The notes under the pieces: generated by a model
Seen by the model: the letters and a program-made list of their open reading frames with translations, nothing else
The model's database searches: none
Told to the model about the DNA's origin: nothing
Made by a program: the position numbers and the translations under genes
Shown: positions 1 to 13,232 of the stretch, in pieces
Numbering within the stretch: position 1 is the first letter of the stretch
How the letters are laid out: the number at the start of each line of letters is the position of its first letter
Assembly (NCBI GenBank): GCA_012295275.1
Contig: CM022670.1
Coordinates: 2,914,001-2,978,000 of the forward strand
Reading direction: 5' to 3'
Source: Chrysomallon squamiferum
Taxonomy: Eukaryota; Animalia; Mollusca
DNA: 64,000 nucleotides

Positions 1-539
1 ATTCAAGAATTTAAAAACAAATTTAAAAAAAAGAAAAAAAAAGAAACACAAATCCAAACAAACAAATGAAAAATAACATTTATGAAGTTTAAAATTTTAC
101 CCATTCAAGTAAATAAAATTTTATTTTATGCTTTAAAGATATTTATTATCCTGGGAAAGATAAAAAAAAGAACAGTAATATTGTCAAAATGCCTGCATGA
201 TGTACATTTTGTAACAGAAAAAAAAAAAGACTTACATTTTTCTTGTCAGGTCTGATCTATCATTAAATCCTACCAATTGGATATTAAGTTACAAAAAATA
301 ATAACAGGAATAAATAAAAAAAAATAAAAAAAATTAGGTTTATTTCCAGACATGTTCAGGTCAGTGAACTTTGATGGTGTCAGAATTGGTTTCAAGTTTT
401 GAAGCCAGTAAACTGAATAAATTGACAGTTGTAAGATATTATGACACATTTTTTTTTTTTATGTCAGTTTAGATACCTGAGTACATCATAATTTAAAATG
501 AATAGAAGTTATTTATTTTTATCCACTGTCTATTATCAA

Positions 540-1245
540 CAAGACAGCACATACCAAAGTCTTTTGTCATGTGATTTAGCATGAAGCTGTAATCAACAAA
601 TTTATTTATTCATTATTTTTTCTTGACAACACAGCATGTACCTAATCCTTTTCACAGCTAACTTGAAAAAAAATTCTGTTTCTGCTACATCCTAGATGAC
701 TGCAACTTCTTAGATTAACCTGAAATACTTCATTAACTTCAAAACTTCATATTATGATTTAATATTAAAATGTCACAGACTAATGATGTATTAATGAACC
801 TATTTTATCTGACAATTGTTATTATTCATCCAGTGAGACAACACAGCACATACCAGTGTCTTTTTGTGACCAAGCTGAAACTAATCCACATTTTTTTTAG
901 TTTCATCCTAGATAACTCAGTTTTCTTACATTAACTATAATGATTTTGAAATTTGATTTAGTATAAAATTGTACATGATAAATATATTTATTCATTCACT
1001 ATGATGATACAGCACATACCAAACCCTTTTATAAACAAGTTGAAAATAATCCACGTTTTTTGTTTGTTTCACCCTAGATAACTCAGTCTTCATACCTTAT
1101 TTTATAATGTGATTTATTGTGAAACTTTGACAAACAAAAAATATTTACCCATCATCTTTGACAGCACAACACATACCAGTGCTTTATGCAACCATTATCT
1201 TGAAAATAAACTTCTTTCTTAGTTTCACCCGAGGTATATCTCACT
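540..1245. repeat. Degenerate tandem repeat, 5 copies, irregular ~85-210-bp spacing
   Basis: Recurring ACAGCACATACC-like block (~544, 631, 843, 1008, 1165), followed in four copies by a GTTTCAYCCTAGATAACTCAG-like block. Confidence 0.7.
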
Positions 1246-1409
1246 TCTCCCATTAACCTTGATAAAGCTGAAAGTAGGTCTGGCAGGTATCCAGAAAACT
1301 TGGTAAACTTTGTAACACAAACTACTGTACTGGGTGAGTGCAGAACACAGTGAGAGGTCATTCACCTGTTTTTCTTTATTATGCTTTTTTAATTTCTTTT
1401 TTAGTTTGT

Positions 1410-1621
<212 letters not shown>

Positions 1622-3070
1622 ATTTTTATTTTGTGTATTTGTGATGGGAGGAGTATTTATTTAATTCTTGCTTTGATTTCTTGTTGATTTTGATTTAATG
1701 GTTTGGTGGGGGTTTTAACGTTTAAAACTTCTCACTTTATTGCATTTTGTCTTATTTTCATTTTTATGTTTTTTTTTATAACTGTTTTAAACATTTGTTG
1801 TGGATTTTCTTGTTTTTCCTATGTAACAACTCAATACTTTTTAATGTTAATGATTATTAAATATAAATCTTTTTTTTTTTAAATACAATACCAGAGATGA
1901 AATCAGCTTTTGTCATATTCTTATCTACTAAACAGCAAAGAATGTTTTGCTTAGGTCCATACCTCCCCATTGGTGGGGGAAAACATCCTGGACTTGGACA
2001 TTTTTGTCTGTATGGAAAGCAGGACAATGGAGAATTGATCCAGGGTCCTTTAATTCCCCAGTCTAACTCTGTCTCTTCATACACTTGAAAACAGTGATTG
2101 CATAACATTTGGTTTAAAATTTTAAATTGAAAAGATGATTTTAATGATGATGTTGATGATAATAACAGTATTAATAATGATAACAATAATAAAAAAGTTG
2201 TAATGATAATAATATCATTAACAAAACAATAATAATAACCAGAGTAGTACTAGTAGCAGTAGCAGTAGCAGTAATAGTAGTGGTTTCAATAGTTGTAGAG
2301 TAGTAGTAGTTGTTGTTGTTTTAGTAATAGTAGTAAAAGTTGTAATAATAGTAGCAGTAGTAGTAGTAGCAGCAGCAGTAGTAGTAGTAGTGGATGGGTA
2401 CTAATAGTAGAGGTAACAGTTGTTGTTGCTGTCATGGATATAGATGTAATGTAATATACTGAAAATATAAAACAAATTTTCCATACATTCTGGGTTGTTT
2501 TACTTCATTTTATTTGTTATTATTATTAGGTCAGCGTACAGATTTATTCAATGTTTGCTGAACAAACACAGAAGTGGATATTTACTTTGCATTCAGCTTC
2601 TAGATAAAGGATTTCAGATTTCACCTGTGAAGCAACCATAACCAGATAAAATAGGGGATGTACTGAGCCATTCCCCCCCACCCCACAGCTTAAAACTGTT
2701 ATGGAAGATGAGTGTGTGTGTGTGTGTGTGTGTGGATCAAAAGATGGTGTTTGAAAATAGAAAATGCTTTATTTTAAAGTTTTTTAATAACTAATTTTTA
2801 TCTTATATTTGGAGATAAAGAGCTCTTGAACAGTTTGTGAAAAGGTGAGCAGAAGTTGTAATGTATTCATTATTTATTTGTGTATATATAAAAAAATGTA
2901 TTATATATTGGGATTTTATTTTGATATGCATATTCACATTTCTTTATATTAAATATATATAAATATATATATATTTCTCTCTTTTCTCTTTTTTTTAAAA
3001 GTTTGTTTCTTACATATTTTTAATTGTTATTTAATATAAATGTCATTGACAACTCTTTTGTTTTATTTTA

Positions 3071-3101
<31 letters not shown>

Positions 3102-4392
3102 TTCATTTTATTTTGACTAATAATTAATATTTATTACATATTCAGTTCAATTTTTATCAAAGAAGATTGATGCACACTAAATTAATTCAGAAAACAAAAT
3201 TAAAATAATTTTATATAAAAAAAATTGTTTTTTACTAACATTCTTGTTGTTTTTGTCATCACTGAAAACTTCCTGATTGGAAAGTCTGACATATTTGTAC
3301 AACCTCAAATAAATGATTATATAGATCAGCCTAGGGCATAATTTGACACAACTCAAACTTTTTAGTTTTATTTATTTATTTATTTTGTTTTTTTAACTAA
3401 TTAAACCAATAGTTTATTACAAAACTGTATCTTGATCTATTCTTATTCTTTTTCATATATATAGTTTGTAAAATTAGTTTAAATTATAACTTTATATAAA
3501 GCTATTTTTTATATAAAATTGTATAATATAAATGAAACAAATAATTTAGAAGGGTAATTGTGGTTTTTTGTTCTTGCTTTGCTTTATTTATTTATTTATT
3601 TATTTATTTTTTTTTGGGGTGTGTTTTTTTGTTGTTTTATGTTATTATTTTTTTAATTTTGAACAAATATGAACTATAAGAAAGCATTTTTTACATTCAG
3701 TTATTAAGTAATTTTTAAAATTTGTATTTAAGTTAATAATTTTTATTTGTGTCCTTTAACCTTTTTTTTTTTTTTTTTATCATTTTCGAGTTTATTAAAT
3801 TAATAATCATGTTAAAATTTGTATTTACTTTATTGTTTGTTTATAAATACACCTCAGTTAATTAATATTTTAAAAATTTTATTTATTTAGTAAGTTTTTA
3901 TAATTTCAATTAATTTCATACTTTAAAAAAAAAAAAATTAAAAAAAAAAAAAAAAAAATCTTACTTATTTATTTTTTAACATGAACTTAGATTTAATTTT
4001 CATGGGCGTATTTTCTTATTAAAACAGTCTTCATACCACATTACATCTCTTTTTTCCCACAAGATGAGTGGAAAAATGAAAAAAGAATCGTTACGCAATC
4101 AATCTATGTTCAAAGCAGAACTTGTTAATTTTCTGCCAGGGGCGTCTACACCCTGCAATAATTCAGTTATGTCTTAAAAGATCATTCTTACCTCCATGTT
4201 ACACTGCTACAGAAACAGACCACATCAGGGAAGCATTTCTTTAATGAAACAGTAACCCTAGAGACCATTATAGTACTAATCATTTAATCATAACTGAAAT
4301 TCTTGTACGTAGATATAAAATAGTTTCTAATTAGTTTAAGAGTGCTTAACTCTGATAAAAAAAAAAAAAAAAAAAAAATCTCCTTGATAATA

Positions 4393-4425
<33 letters not shown>

Positions 4426-5329
4426 TAAGGTTTGTTCCGTTCTGTTGAAACCTGTTTCACCTCTCAGTACTTGTTTGTGTACAACATCTAGGATGTCAGT
4501 TTGTGTTTGTCGGTCTTTGTGTAAGGAAGCTAGTTTACATAACAGGAAAGTTCAGTTTATTTATTTACTTAGTTTGAAGATCTATGGGAAAAAATTTGAT
4601 TGGTGAGAAATTACTTATTTACTTAGTGTGATTCAAATTATAAATAAATAAATAATAAAACAAATATTTAAGTTAATATAAAACAAATTATGATCTTTCA
4701 TGAAATAATATTATGTTTATTTTAGATTGTGTTATATTAGTATTAGAATTTTTAAGATTGTTTTTAAAATTTTTTATATGTGTTGCATGGTTGGGTTGTT
4801 TCTTTATGTTATTTATTTATTTATTTATTTTGTTTTTCTTTGATGAGGTTTGTTTATATTTTGGAAGAGCATATTGGCTTTTATTTATTAAGTTTCTATA
4901 CCTGTGAATTTTTTGTAGGGTTTGTTTTTTATTAATATTATTATATTGCTGGGGTTTTTTTATGTGTGTTTTTTTAAACTGAATTATTTGTGGACAGGAT
5001 TACTTTTTGCTTTTTGTTGTTTCTCTTTTTTACATTTATTTTATTTTAGTATTGGTTTTATTTTCTTTAAATATTAACATTTGTATTTTTAAATAAATTT
5101 TTAGAAATATTAATTTAAAATAGTATTATTATAGTAATTTTTATGTCAATAAAAAGGAAAAAAAAAAGAAAAGTTAAACTTATTTTTAAATTTATTTCAT
5201 TTTATCTATATATTTATCATATTGTTGTGATTATTATAAGTAGTACTACTAGTAGTATTTATTTATTCATTTAGTGAAAAGTCAATTATTATTATTTTTT
5301 AAACATCAACATCATTATACTCCTTGCAA

Positions 5330-5797
5330 ATGCGTTACAAGTGGGTACTTAAAAACGCAAATTCAAACCGTTGCGTAACTGGACACAAATTCTTTGAAAG
5401 GCCATGCTAACTATGTCGTTTTATTCGGGCGGTGTTGCAGATATGTATGTCCAGAGATCTGTACACTAGATCTATTAATGACATTTAAGTCCAGAGATCT
5501 CAGTATAAGATCTATTAATGATCCTGTATCGACACAAAATAATTATGACGACGATTTATTTCAGAAGACAACGCTACGTGCCTACGTCATTGAATATCGA
5601 TCAGTGAAACCCGAGTACAGAAACGTTTTTGTAAAAAAAACATCGGCATTGTTAAGCTTCGTTAACTGTTTGAAGAATGTTTTCACTGCAATGTCGGTGA
5701 GGGTTTACTAGGTCAGTTCACCACAAAGCGGAAGAGGCAAAGAGCAGAAGAAAAAAAAATGTGAAGAATGTTAAGTGTTATTGCTTGTTAGAAAAAG
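5330..5797. promoter_or_regulatory. CpG-retaining promoter-like island, possibly with a non-coding first exon of the CYP gene
   Basis: Local excess of CpG in a CpG-poor background; strong donor AAG|GTAAGA after 5797; the CYP ATG exon has an upstream acceptor TTTCTAG| at 13157, implying an upstream UTR exon. The link between them is inferred. Confidence 0.4.
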
Positions 5798-6924
5798 GTA
5801 AGAGGAATTTTTGTAGTAAAAGATATTCTTTTTTTTTCTTCTTTCTTTCTTACTTAATTTTTTTTTTTTTTTTTTTTGTTGTGTTTGGTAGTAAATATAA
5901 TTTATATCGTATGTTGTATTTATTTTTTTAAGCTGTTTTTATTTAATTTATTTTATTTTTGTTATTTTGTTTATTTACTTATTTATTGTAATTAATTTTT
6001 CTTAGATTTGTTAATTTTTTTAAAAGTTGTTTCATTTTTTTTTTTTTTTTTAAATTTATGTTTGTGATATTTTTTAATTTAATTTTTAAAATTTATTTAT
6101 TTAAAACTTAATTATTTATTACAGAAACTTTTTTATATTTTTGTTTATTTCTTAACTTTTTCTCTATATATAAAAACATTTTTCCTTATTTTATAATTTT
6201 TTGAAAATTTTTATGAATTTGTCTCTTTTTTAGTTTTATATTATTTTAATTTTAATATATGCACATATGCTTTTTGTTTGTTACAAACTGTAAAATATAA
6301 ATAAATAACTACCACTTATTTTCAATACTTTATAATTAAATAATAATAAAAAAAATAATAAAAAATGTAGATTTATAACTTTAACTCCAGTAATTTCAAA
6401 CAATATTTTCAAAATACTGAAGCTCTGAAATATTTCCAACGTTTTTAAAATTAAATAAAGTTCTGAAAAAAAAAAAAAATAATAATAATAATAATAAAAT
6501 AAAATATAAATAAAATATTAAATTTGAACATGTTTTAAAACACATAATTAAATAAAAAAAGAATCAAAGTTCTTCACTGATTTGAAAACAGTCACAGAAA
6601 ATCAGAGGTGATTGTGTAACTAGGTTATTTGTCCATCAGATTAAGAAGAAATCTGAGGTCACTTTGCCCTGTGCATTAAGCAATTTGTTCTAAAAGTGCA
6701 TTTGTTAAAGGCTGACTGATTAATTTAACCATCATTCTTGTGATAGTAATAACCCTTGACAACATATATCTGTCAGAATCATACCTCATTTCACAGGAGA
6801 GTTCCATTTTGGTCACTTTAACCAATCAAATTCGACTTATCACAGTAAATATAGATCTCACATTTCTATGTTTGGAAAAAAAAAAAAAAAAAAAAAAAAA
6901 ATGGGTCAGTTTGACTTTTTTATG

Positions 6925-6958
<34 letters not shown>

Positions 6959-7172
6959 CTCTGTTGTCTTTAATATTAAAGCGAACACTTCAGTAGCATG
7001 TAAATTGAATGTTATTGTTGTTGTATATGTGGAAGTACAGATAGCTTTTTATTATTGTTGTTGTTGCTGTTATTGATGTTGTTGTTGTTGTTATTATTAT
7101 TATTATTATCTTGTTTAAAACTATAAGTATGATGGTTTTGTTGAATATCAGAAGTTAAGAGTTTACTGTTGC

Positions 7173-7207
<35 letters not shown>

Positions 7208-7539
7208 AAAAATAATTTATATTCAACCTGTAAAATAATATAAACACAATTTTAAAAATAAATAATAATAACAAATAAGTAGATAAATAGATAAGTATGT
7301 AAGTAAATAAGCAGTAAATAAAAATAAATTAACTAATATATAAACTACTAAATAAAAGAATGTTTTATAAAATTAAGCACATACATTTGAAAACTAAAAC
7401 CTACCAGCTCAAAAAAAGATAAGTTCTCAAAGAAGAGATCTGTAGCAAACTTACAATGTGCTTATCTCAGAATAAAAAACAACAATTAGTAAGCTGAACA
7501 GAGCCTTTCTCATAAGTAACAGATTAACAGGGTTATGTT

Positions 7540-8200
7540 CCCAACACAGGCGTGCATTAACCGTTAAACGATTATACACATATCTCAAGTAGTTCATTGA
7601 CAGAAAAGCCCATAAAGACATAATCACTGATTTAAACACATCAATGAGTTAGTTATCTGTGTGGTTTCTTTTTCTAATATACTAACACAGTTATGTTCTA
7701 GACAGGTGTGTGTTACGTTAGTTAAATCAATATAACCTGAAAATCCTAGGAAAACCTAATTTGACGTCTGATTTCTCTGCATTAGTTTCTTCTTATAAAC
7801 TGACCTTTAATAAATGATATGCACATGTCAAATAATTGAAAACCCTATAAAAAAAAACCTAATTCATGTCCTAAATATGTCAGCAAGTTATCTGTAGATG
7901 AATTTTTTTTTCTTTCTTATATACTCACAGGTGTGCATTAAACTTTACTAAATATTATACACATCAGTAACTGATTGGACTGAAAACCCTCGATCCAGAT
8001 CTAATTCAGCTCTCAATAGTTTTGTTTCATAAAACAACAAGTACGCATTAATCTTTAATAGACGATACCTACGTATATCAAGTAGCTGACTGACTGACAA
8101 CCTGTAAAACCCTAATTAAAAATGTATGTCAGCTATACATAATTTCTTCTTACAAACCAACAAAACTTTAGCGGATGACACACAATAGCTGATTTAACAA
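7540..8200. repeat. Highly degenerate ~120-150-bp tandem repeat
   Basis: Recurring CACAGGYGTGCATTAA...ATACACAT..CAAGTAG.TGA.TG...AAAACCCTAATT-like blocks at ~7545, 7701, 7926, 8038. Confidence 0.5.
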
Positions 8201-8246
8201 CAATCCTTCCATTAGATCCAACAATCACTCCAACTCTTGACAGCAT

Positions 8247-8351
8247 TCACTGGCTGGAACAATGAACTGTTTGGATAAGCAATGAACCATTTCCAACATG
8301 GTTGCCAACTGGGGCAGAGCGAGCACTACACCCCAGAGGCAGTTTACTCCA
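8247..8351 (-). mobile_element. Degenerate tRNA-derived SINE-like fragment
   Basis: GC-richer block CACTGGCTGGAAC...GAGCGAGCACTACACC; related TTCCA(A/G)CCAGTG motifs recur at ~16900 and ~18635. The resemblance to a gastropod SINE is from memory only. Confidence 0.3.
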
Positions 8352-8490
8352 TGTTATAAGCAGGCTTGTTTCAATCATTGTTTGCATGTTTATCTTTGCA
8401 TGTTTCTTTATCAACTTCCTTACTAAACGGCTGATCCATTTTTGACTCCCCCCTCCATAAAAAAAATATATATATATATATTTTTTAAAT

Positions 8491-8587
<97 letters not shown>

Positions 8588-9306
8588 TTATTTTCGATAT
8601 AAATTGTGTTGGTGATTTGGGGTTTTGCAACAGACAGTTCTTATATAGGATTATTTCTCTGATAAAATTCTTTTTGATCAAACTGTGCATTTGTTGTGTG
8701 GATTAAGATTTCAACTAATGAAGAGTTACAAATAAAGGTAAGATAATTAGGTTTATTTTGATTCTTCTTTTTAAAAACAAAATTCTCACTGATTAATTAT
8801 GCCATTTAATTAATATAGTATTTTTGCTAATGTTTATATATATATATATATCTATATGTTGTTTGACTGATATATTATTATTATTATTACCATTTTATTT
8901 ATTTTCATGTTTGTTTTAGTCTGTATATATATATATGTTAAAAGTTGTTCAAAATATTTAATAAATATTTCATTTCCTTTAAAATAATGAAGTGATTGTT
9001 ATAAAAATTTTACTGAGTTTTTAAATAAATGAGACATTTGTTATAATGACACTGTTAACATGTAATTTAACTGAAAATGGATGTTTTTCATTTCTTTTCT
9101 TCTTCTTTTTTTTTTAAATAATTTATTTTCTTTGTAATGTGTAATTTATTGTCATGTGTAATTGTGTTTTTTTGTTTTTTTTTTTTTTTTTTTGGTTTCT
9201 TTATTTTTTATTTAATTATTTTCTTTCTTTCTTTAATTTTTCTTCATAAAACTTTTTTGCTTGCTTTTGTAATATTTAAAAAAAAAATTATTAACACAAT
9301 ATATAT

Positions 9307-12150
9307 GGGTCATTCCGTGTCAAATCACCCAATGGTTTAAACCCGACCGTCTCAGATTTTTATGAAACTTGGTATACTTGTTGACTGGGATCCCACAGCA
9401 CCAAATCTGAAATATTAGCCCAATCAGACCAGTGGTGTGGGAGATACGGCCCATGGAATTTTGAGATTTTTGCCAAAAATGGGCGTGACCACCAACCTTA
9501 GAACCCTCATATCTCAGGAACTACTGGGCCAATCTTCATAAAATTGGTATTGTTAGAAAGGCAAAATGACAAGGATACCAAATCTGCCATTTTTGTTTAG
9601 TTTGGAAAATATTGGAGTACCTTGACCTTTTGACCTTTGCTATGACCTTGAAATTGACCATGTGGATCATGTGATCTTGAGATGACCTTTATTGAAATTT
9701 AATCTCCCACATGTTAACTAAAACATATAAAAGTTTCCTGGGTGTAATATTTTTTGTTTAGCCACAATATAGATTTAAAAAATGCACATACATGAAAATA
9801 ACACCTTTTCAGCCATTAACATCTGATTAACTAAAACATGAATGATCAATTCTGGATGCTAGGAATCACCATCTCTCTTGATCATCGAGTAAGACATTGT
9901 AGGCCTACATGTATGCATAAAGTTCACATATAAAAGTTTCCTGGGTATAATATTTTTTGTTTAGCCATAATAGAGATTTTTAAAAAATGCATACCTGCAT
10001 GGATGATTGATACAATGCATTACAATGTACATTTTCTCTGAGACTAAAAATTCATCTTTGGAGTTAAAACCCACCTGACATGTCTGAAGGAATGCCTGAA
10101 GGATATGAAAAGATGCCAAATGGCATGACATGTTCTACACAATCAGGCTCAAAGGGTTAACAGGAAGTGATGCTTCAGGCAGGTCAGGAACTCCTTTAGA
10201 TTCCCTGGTGCAATCCCCATTGAGCACATGGTAATTTGAAGTTTAAGACAAAGAAGTTTCTTCATCTGCATTTCTTTGACAATCTGAAGCTTTTTAAGTT
10301 GGACACAATGTCAGATGTTGATACATAAACAATATTTTTATTTCATAAAACCTATTAAGTAATTGTATCATGTCATGTGGGCCTTGCCATTGGTTTTGAA
10401 CAAGGCTTCAGTCAACAACAGTACAACCCAGTCTGAAATCAGACATCATCAAGTGATGTACTGCATAATGTATCTTCGGCACAGAGTATGAACAAGGTCT
10501 ACTTCACCTTAATAAACTGTGGTTTATACTTGAGAAGATTGACATAAATGCCCAAGACTTGTGGGCCTTTGGCAATAACACATGTACTCTGCTGCCATTT
10601 TATGACCTGCTTAACTTTACTGAAAGGGTTTCAGGATTTGATTTAATATTTAGGAAAGCACTGACTTTGTTCTATTGAATTGAAGGTGCAGGCCAATACT
10701 GAAAATCCTTATTTCTTCCAGAGCTAACTGCAGCTTTAACTCTCCTGAAAATGTGTGTTATCAACACCATCATATCAAAAAGGAGTTGTTGCGAAGTGTA
10801 TGGAAAACTGAGGAAATGGAACTCCTCACTCTTTGAAGTGGGATCAAAACACGGGACATCAAGAGTATCATGAACAAGAACTTTTCATCAAATTTTCAAC
10901 ATCGCAGAAAAACTGTTGTGATCCCCTTAATCGTCACCCTGAGCAAGCACGCACTAGATCTTTAAGAATTGTTAGCATGGGCACTTACAAATGCTTAGTA
11001 AATCCTCCAAAGACACTAGTGCCAGGAGACAAGTTGTGCTGCGACTGTCTGATTACCCTTCAGAAATCAAAGGTCCTGCAGAGGATGGCTTTAGTATGGG
11101 TGGTATTACAATGGGAGAATTTGGTGATAACTTGCCAGACAAACCGCTGGTTGTTGTTTCCCTAGAAAAGGACTTTGATTTGAATTCTATTCTGTTGAGT
11201 TTAGGCGAAACTCCTGTCAAACTCCATTCACTAGCGCATTCCAGTAAATGAATGAAAGGACAGAAAAAAACTAGCATCAGCTACAGTAACATTAAAATGA
11301 CATCTTAATGTCTGAATCCTACACAGAGCGTGTGCAAATCTTGATTTTGTCACCCTTTACCATTGAAAGGACAATGAATTGAAGGAGGAAATAATCCAAT
11401 TTTATGAAAGTGATGAGAACACTAGAATGTGTCTGGGAATGAAGGATACAGTGAGCATTTGAAACAAACATAGTGAGAAGGTTAAGCATCAGAAACACCT
11501 AGTTCTCTCAAATTTATGTGAACTTTATGCATACATGTAGGCCTACAATGTCTTACTCGATGATCAAGAAAGATGGTGATCCCTAGCATCCAGAGTTGAT
11601 CATTCAGGTTTTAGTTAATCAGATGTTAATGGCTGAAAATGTGTTATTTTCATGTATGTGCATTTTTTAAATCTATATTGTGGCTAAACAAAAAAATATT
11701 ACACCCAGGAAACTTTTATATGTTTTTTAGTTAACATGTGGGAGATTAAATTTCAATAAAGGTCATCTCAAGATCACGTGATCCACACGGTCAATTTCAA
11801 GGTCATAGCAAAGGTCAAAAGGTCAAGGTACTCCAATATTTTCCAAACTAAACAAAAATGGCAGATTTGGTATCCTTGTCATTTTGCCTTTCTAACAATA
11901 CCAATTTTATGAAGATTGGCCCAGTAGTTCCTGAGATATGAGGGTTCTAAGGTTGGTGGTCACACCCATTTTTGGCAAAAATCTCAAAATTCCGTGGGCC
12001 GTATCTCCCACACCACTGGTCTGATTGGGCTAATATTTCAGATTTGGTGCTGTGGGATCCCAGTCAACAAATATACCAAGTTTTATAAAAATCTGAGACG
12101 GTCGGGTTTAAATTTCTTTTTTTTTTGGGTGATTTGACACGGAATGACCC
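9307..12150 (+). mobile_element. Decayed cut-and-paste DNA transposon, Sola2-like, with ~630-bp terminal inverted repeats
   Basis: Ends GGGTCATTCCGTGTCAAATCACCC (9307) and GGGTGATTTGACACGGAATGACCC (12150); near-identical inverted arms 9307-9930 and 11515-12150; flanked by ATAT on both sides (4-bp TSD candidate within an AT run). GRG..CYC termini, long TIRs and 4-bp TSD are the Sola2 pattern as I recall it. Internal transposase remnants are present. Confidence 0.85.
10900..11540 (+). pseudogene. Fragmented N-terminal part of a Sola2-type transposase
   Basis: Pieces in shifting frames: CCDPLNRH...RSLRIV...LVPGDKLCCDC (Zn-finger-like), LNSILLSLGETPVKLHS, QILILSPFTIERT, EIIQFYESDENTRMCLGMKDTVSI*..KHQKHLVLSNLCELY. 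Frameshifts, stops and internal deletions are present and no catalytic core is recognisable. Family match is from recall of Sola2-type proteins, not a search. Confidence 0.7.
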
Positions 12151-12835
12151 ATATATAATTGTTTTTACTGTAGATGTGTCTTACCATTAAGAAACTACTT
12201 TATGTAAACACATAAATAACACATATCAGAAAAGAAAGACACAGATATACACTATCATGAACAAACTATAAAAGCACTTAAACAGTGCATTAAGTTTTGA
12301 TTACATTTTTTTGTATTGCTCTCTTCTCCTTCTTGTTTATATATTTTTATTATTATGAAAATAAAACCAAAGCCATATGTTGTCATGGTGAATTTTCCAG
12401 TTAAAAATGTTTACCTTTGTATATTCATCTTATTTTTGTAGCATTTTTATTTTCATTTTTATCATTTATAGCACATTTTATTGATTTTTTTTTTCTTTCT
12501 GTTTTTTATTTTTTGGGGGAAGTGAGGTTTTATTACTAAAATAAAACACATATGACATCTTTGTGAAAAAGTAATTTGATCAGTTTCAGATAATGTTCAC
12601 ACTTAAAAGAGTATTGTATATGCTTGTATAGGCCTTCTTGAACAGTTTAAAATTAAAGTCTTTGATAATTTCCCTCTCAAAATTATATTTAAATTCAAAA
12701 AGTAATTTTTATTTTGTTTTTAATTTCATTTGGACTGATACTATGTTAATGAAAAAAATAATAATAATTAAAAAAAATAATAAAAAAAAAAAACAATAAT
12801 AATAATTATAAAAAAATAAATAAATAAATTAATTA

Positions 12836-12880
<45 letters not shown>

Positions 12881-13232
12881 TTAAAAAAGAATAAATAAAA
12901 TAAATAAAAAAATAAATAATGCTTCCAAATATCATGTCAAAAAAAAAAAAAAGAATAAAAATAAATAAAAAAATAAAAAAATAAAATTTAAAAAAAGAGA
13001 TAAAAACCTCTTTTTCTTGTAACAATTATCTAGAGAATGTAACAATAAAACCTAACCCTTGGGGTGTGTGACATATATTACCACTGTCACTGTGACAAGA
13101 CATGTTGATAGTCAGTGCATGTGGAGAGTATTAACAGGTAATGTCTTTTCTTTCTAGGTTACAGCACACTGATTTGTGGCAAAAACGCCTGTCTTGTTTC
13201 TAGCCATTGGAGAAAAGTAAAAAAAGGTGAAA

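Noticed and set aside
5394-5711. 105-aa ORF in the CpG island
   Set aside because: TTG start, no recognisable motif, and it overlaps a 40-bp non-triplet duplication; better explained as promoter/UTR.
7995-8015. CCAGATCTAA resembling the 5' end of miR-750
   Set aside because: Match is limited to ~10 nt, no precursor hairpin is evident, and it lies in a degenerate repeat.
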